DNA from: Octopus sinensis
Lineage: Eukaryota
NCBI RefSeq assembly: GCF_006345805.1
Contig: NC_043017.1
Coordinates: 32,426,001 to 32,490,000 of the forward strand
DNA length: 64,000 nucleotides
Direction: 5' to 3'
The notes under the pieces were generated by a model. It ran no database searches. It saw only the letters and a list, made by a program, of their open reading frames with translations, and was not told where the DNA came from. Positions 63,615 through 64,000 of the stretch are shown here, one piece after another. Position 1 is the stretch's first letter. Every line of letters starts with the position of its first letter. The translations under genes and the position numbers were made by a program.

Positions 63615-64000
63615 CCTGTTGTCATAGGTGCCCTGGGAATGATAGCGAAAGGGACTGATTGCTACCTAACTCAGATACCAGGAAACCCCAAAATGGCAAA
63701 AATTCAAAAGATAGTGCTCATGGGAACTGCTCATATCCTACGCAAAATACTCTCTATGTAATCCCAAGGTTTAAAACAAAGTTTTTTTTATTATTTTTTT
63801 TATTCTTATTTATTTTTTTTGTTTATTTTTTATTTTTATGCATTAGACATTCACTGGTACAACACCAAAAAAAAAAAAAAACCAAATATATGTGAGGCCC
63901 AACATTCAAAGATCATGCTCCAACACCTCGTCCCATGTCTTCCTGGGTCTACCTCTTCCACCTGTTGTCTCTTGAGGTTTCTGGGTGAGACTTGGAGCTA
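63615..64000 (+). mobile_element. Second, extremely truncated R4/Dong-type copy from a different subfamily
   Basis: PVVIGALGMIAKG...IQKIVLMGTAHILRKILSM* (63615-63761); 3' UTR matches 55363-55563. Confidence 0.88.

Overview
Eukaryotic, AT-rich, repeat-saturated genomic DNA. It is most likely an octopus or other coleoid cephalopod; this is inferred from the microsatellite density and the SINE/LINE repertoire, not from a marker gene. I see no rRNA, true tRNA, CRISPR or confidently identifiable host gene. Most ORFs in the track are microsatellite or minisatellite artefacts. The window holds: (i) about 35 copies of five or more SINE-like families, one of which forms 183-bp multimers; (ii) relics of Penelope-like (three lineages), R4/Dong, RTE, CR1 and Tx1/L1 retrotransposons, plus Tc1/mariner and Helitron-type transposons and hAT and piggyBac MITEs; (iii) one uninterrupted 379-codon ORF with a Penelope-type GIY-YIG endonuclease but no RT; (iv) eight asymmetric fold-back (hairpin) elements sitting in (TA)n tracts; (v) 13 minimal type I hammerhead-ribozyme folds from 8 sequence contexts, several with variant cores (U3-A8, U4C, extra A after A9) and recurring distances to the element ends; (vi) a nest of R4/Dong-type 3' ends in (AAT)n, including a 3.45-kb array; (vii) a 42-bp minisatellite born inside a coding relic; (viii) a few tiny candidate + strand exons. 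The best candidate for an undescribed system is the set of non-autonomous, hammerhead-bearing fold-back elements together with the endonuclease-only Penelope ORF. All folds and translations were done by eye. Boundaries of degenerate elements are approximate, and SINE family letters (A-I) are my own labels.
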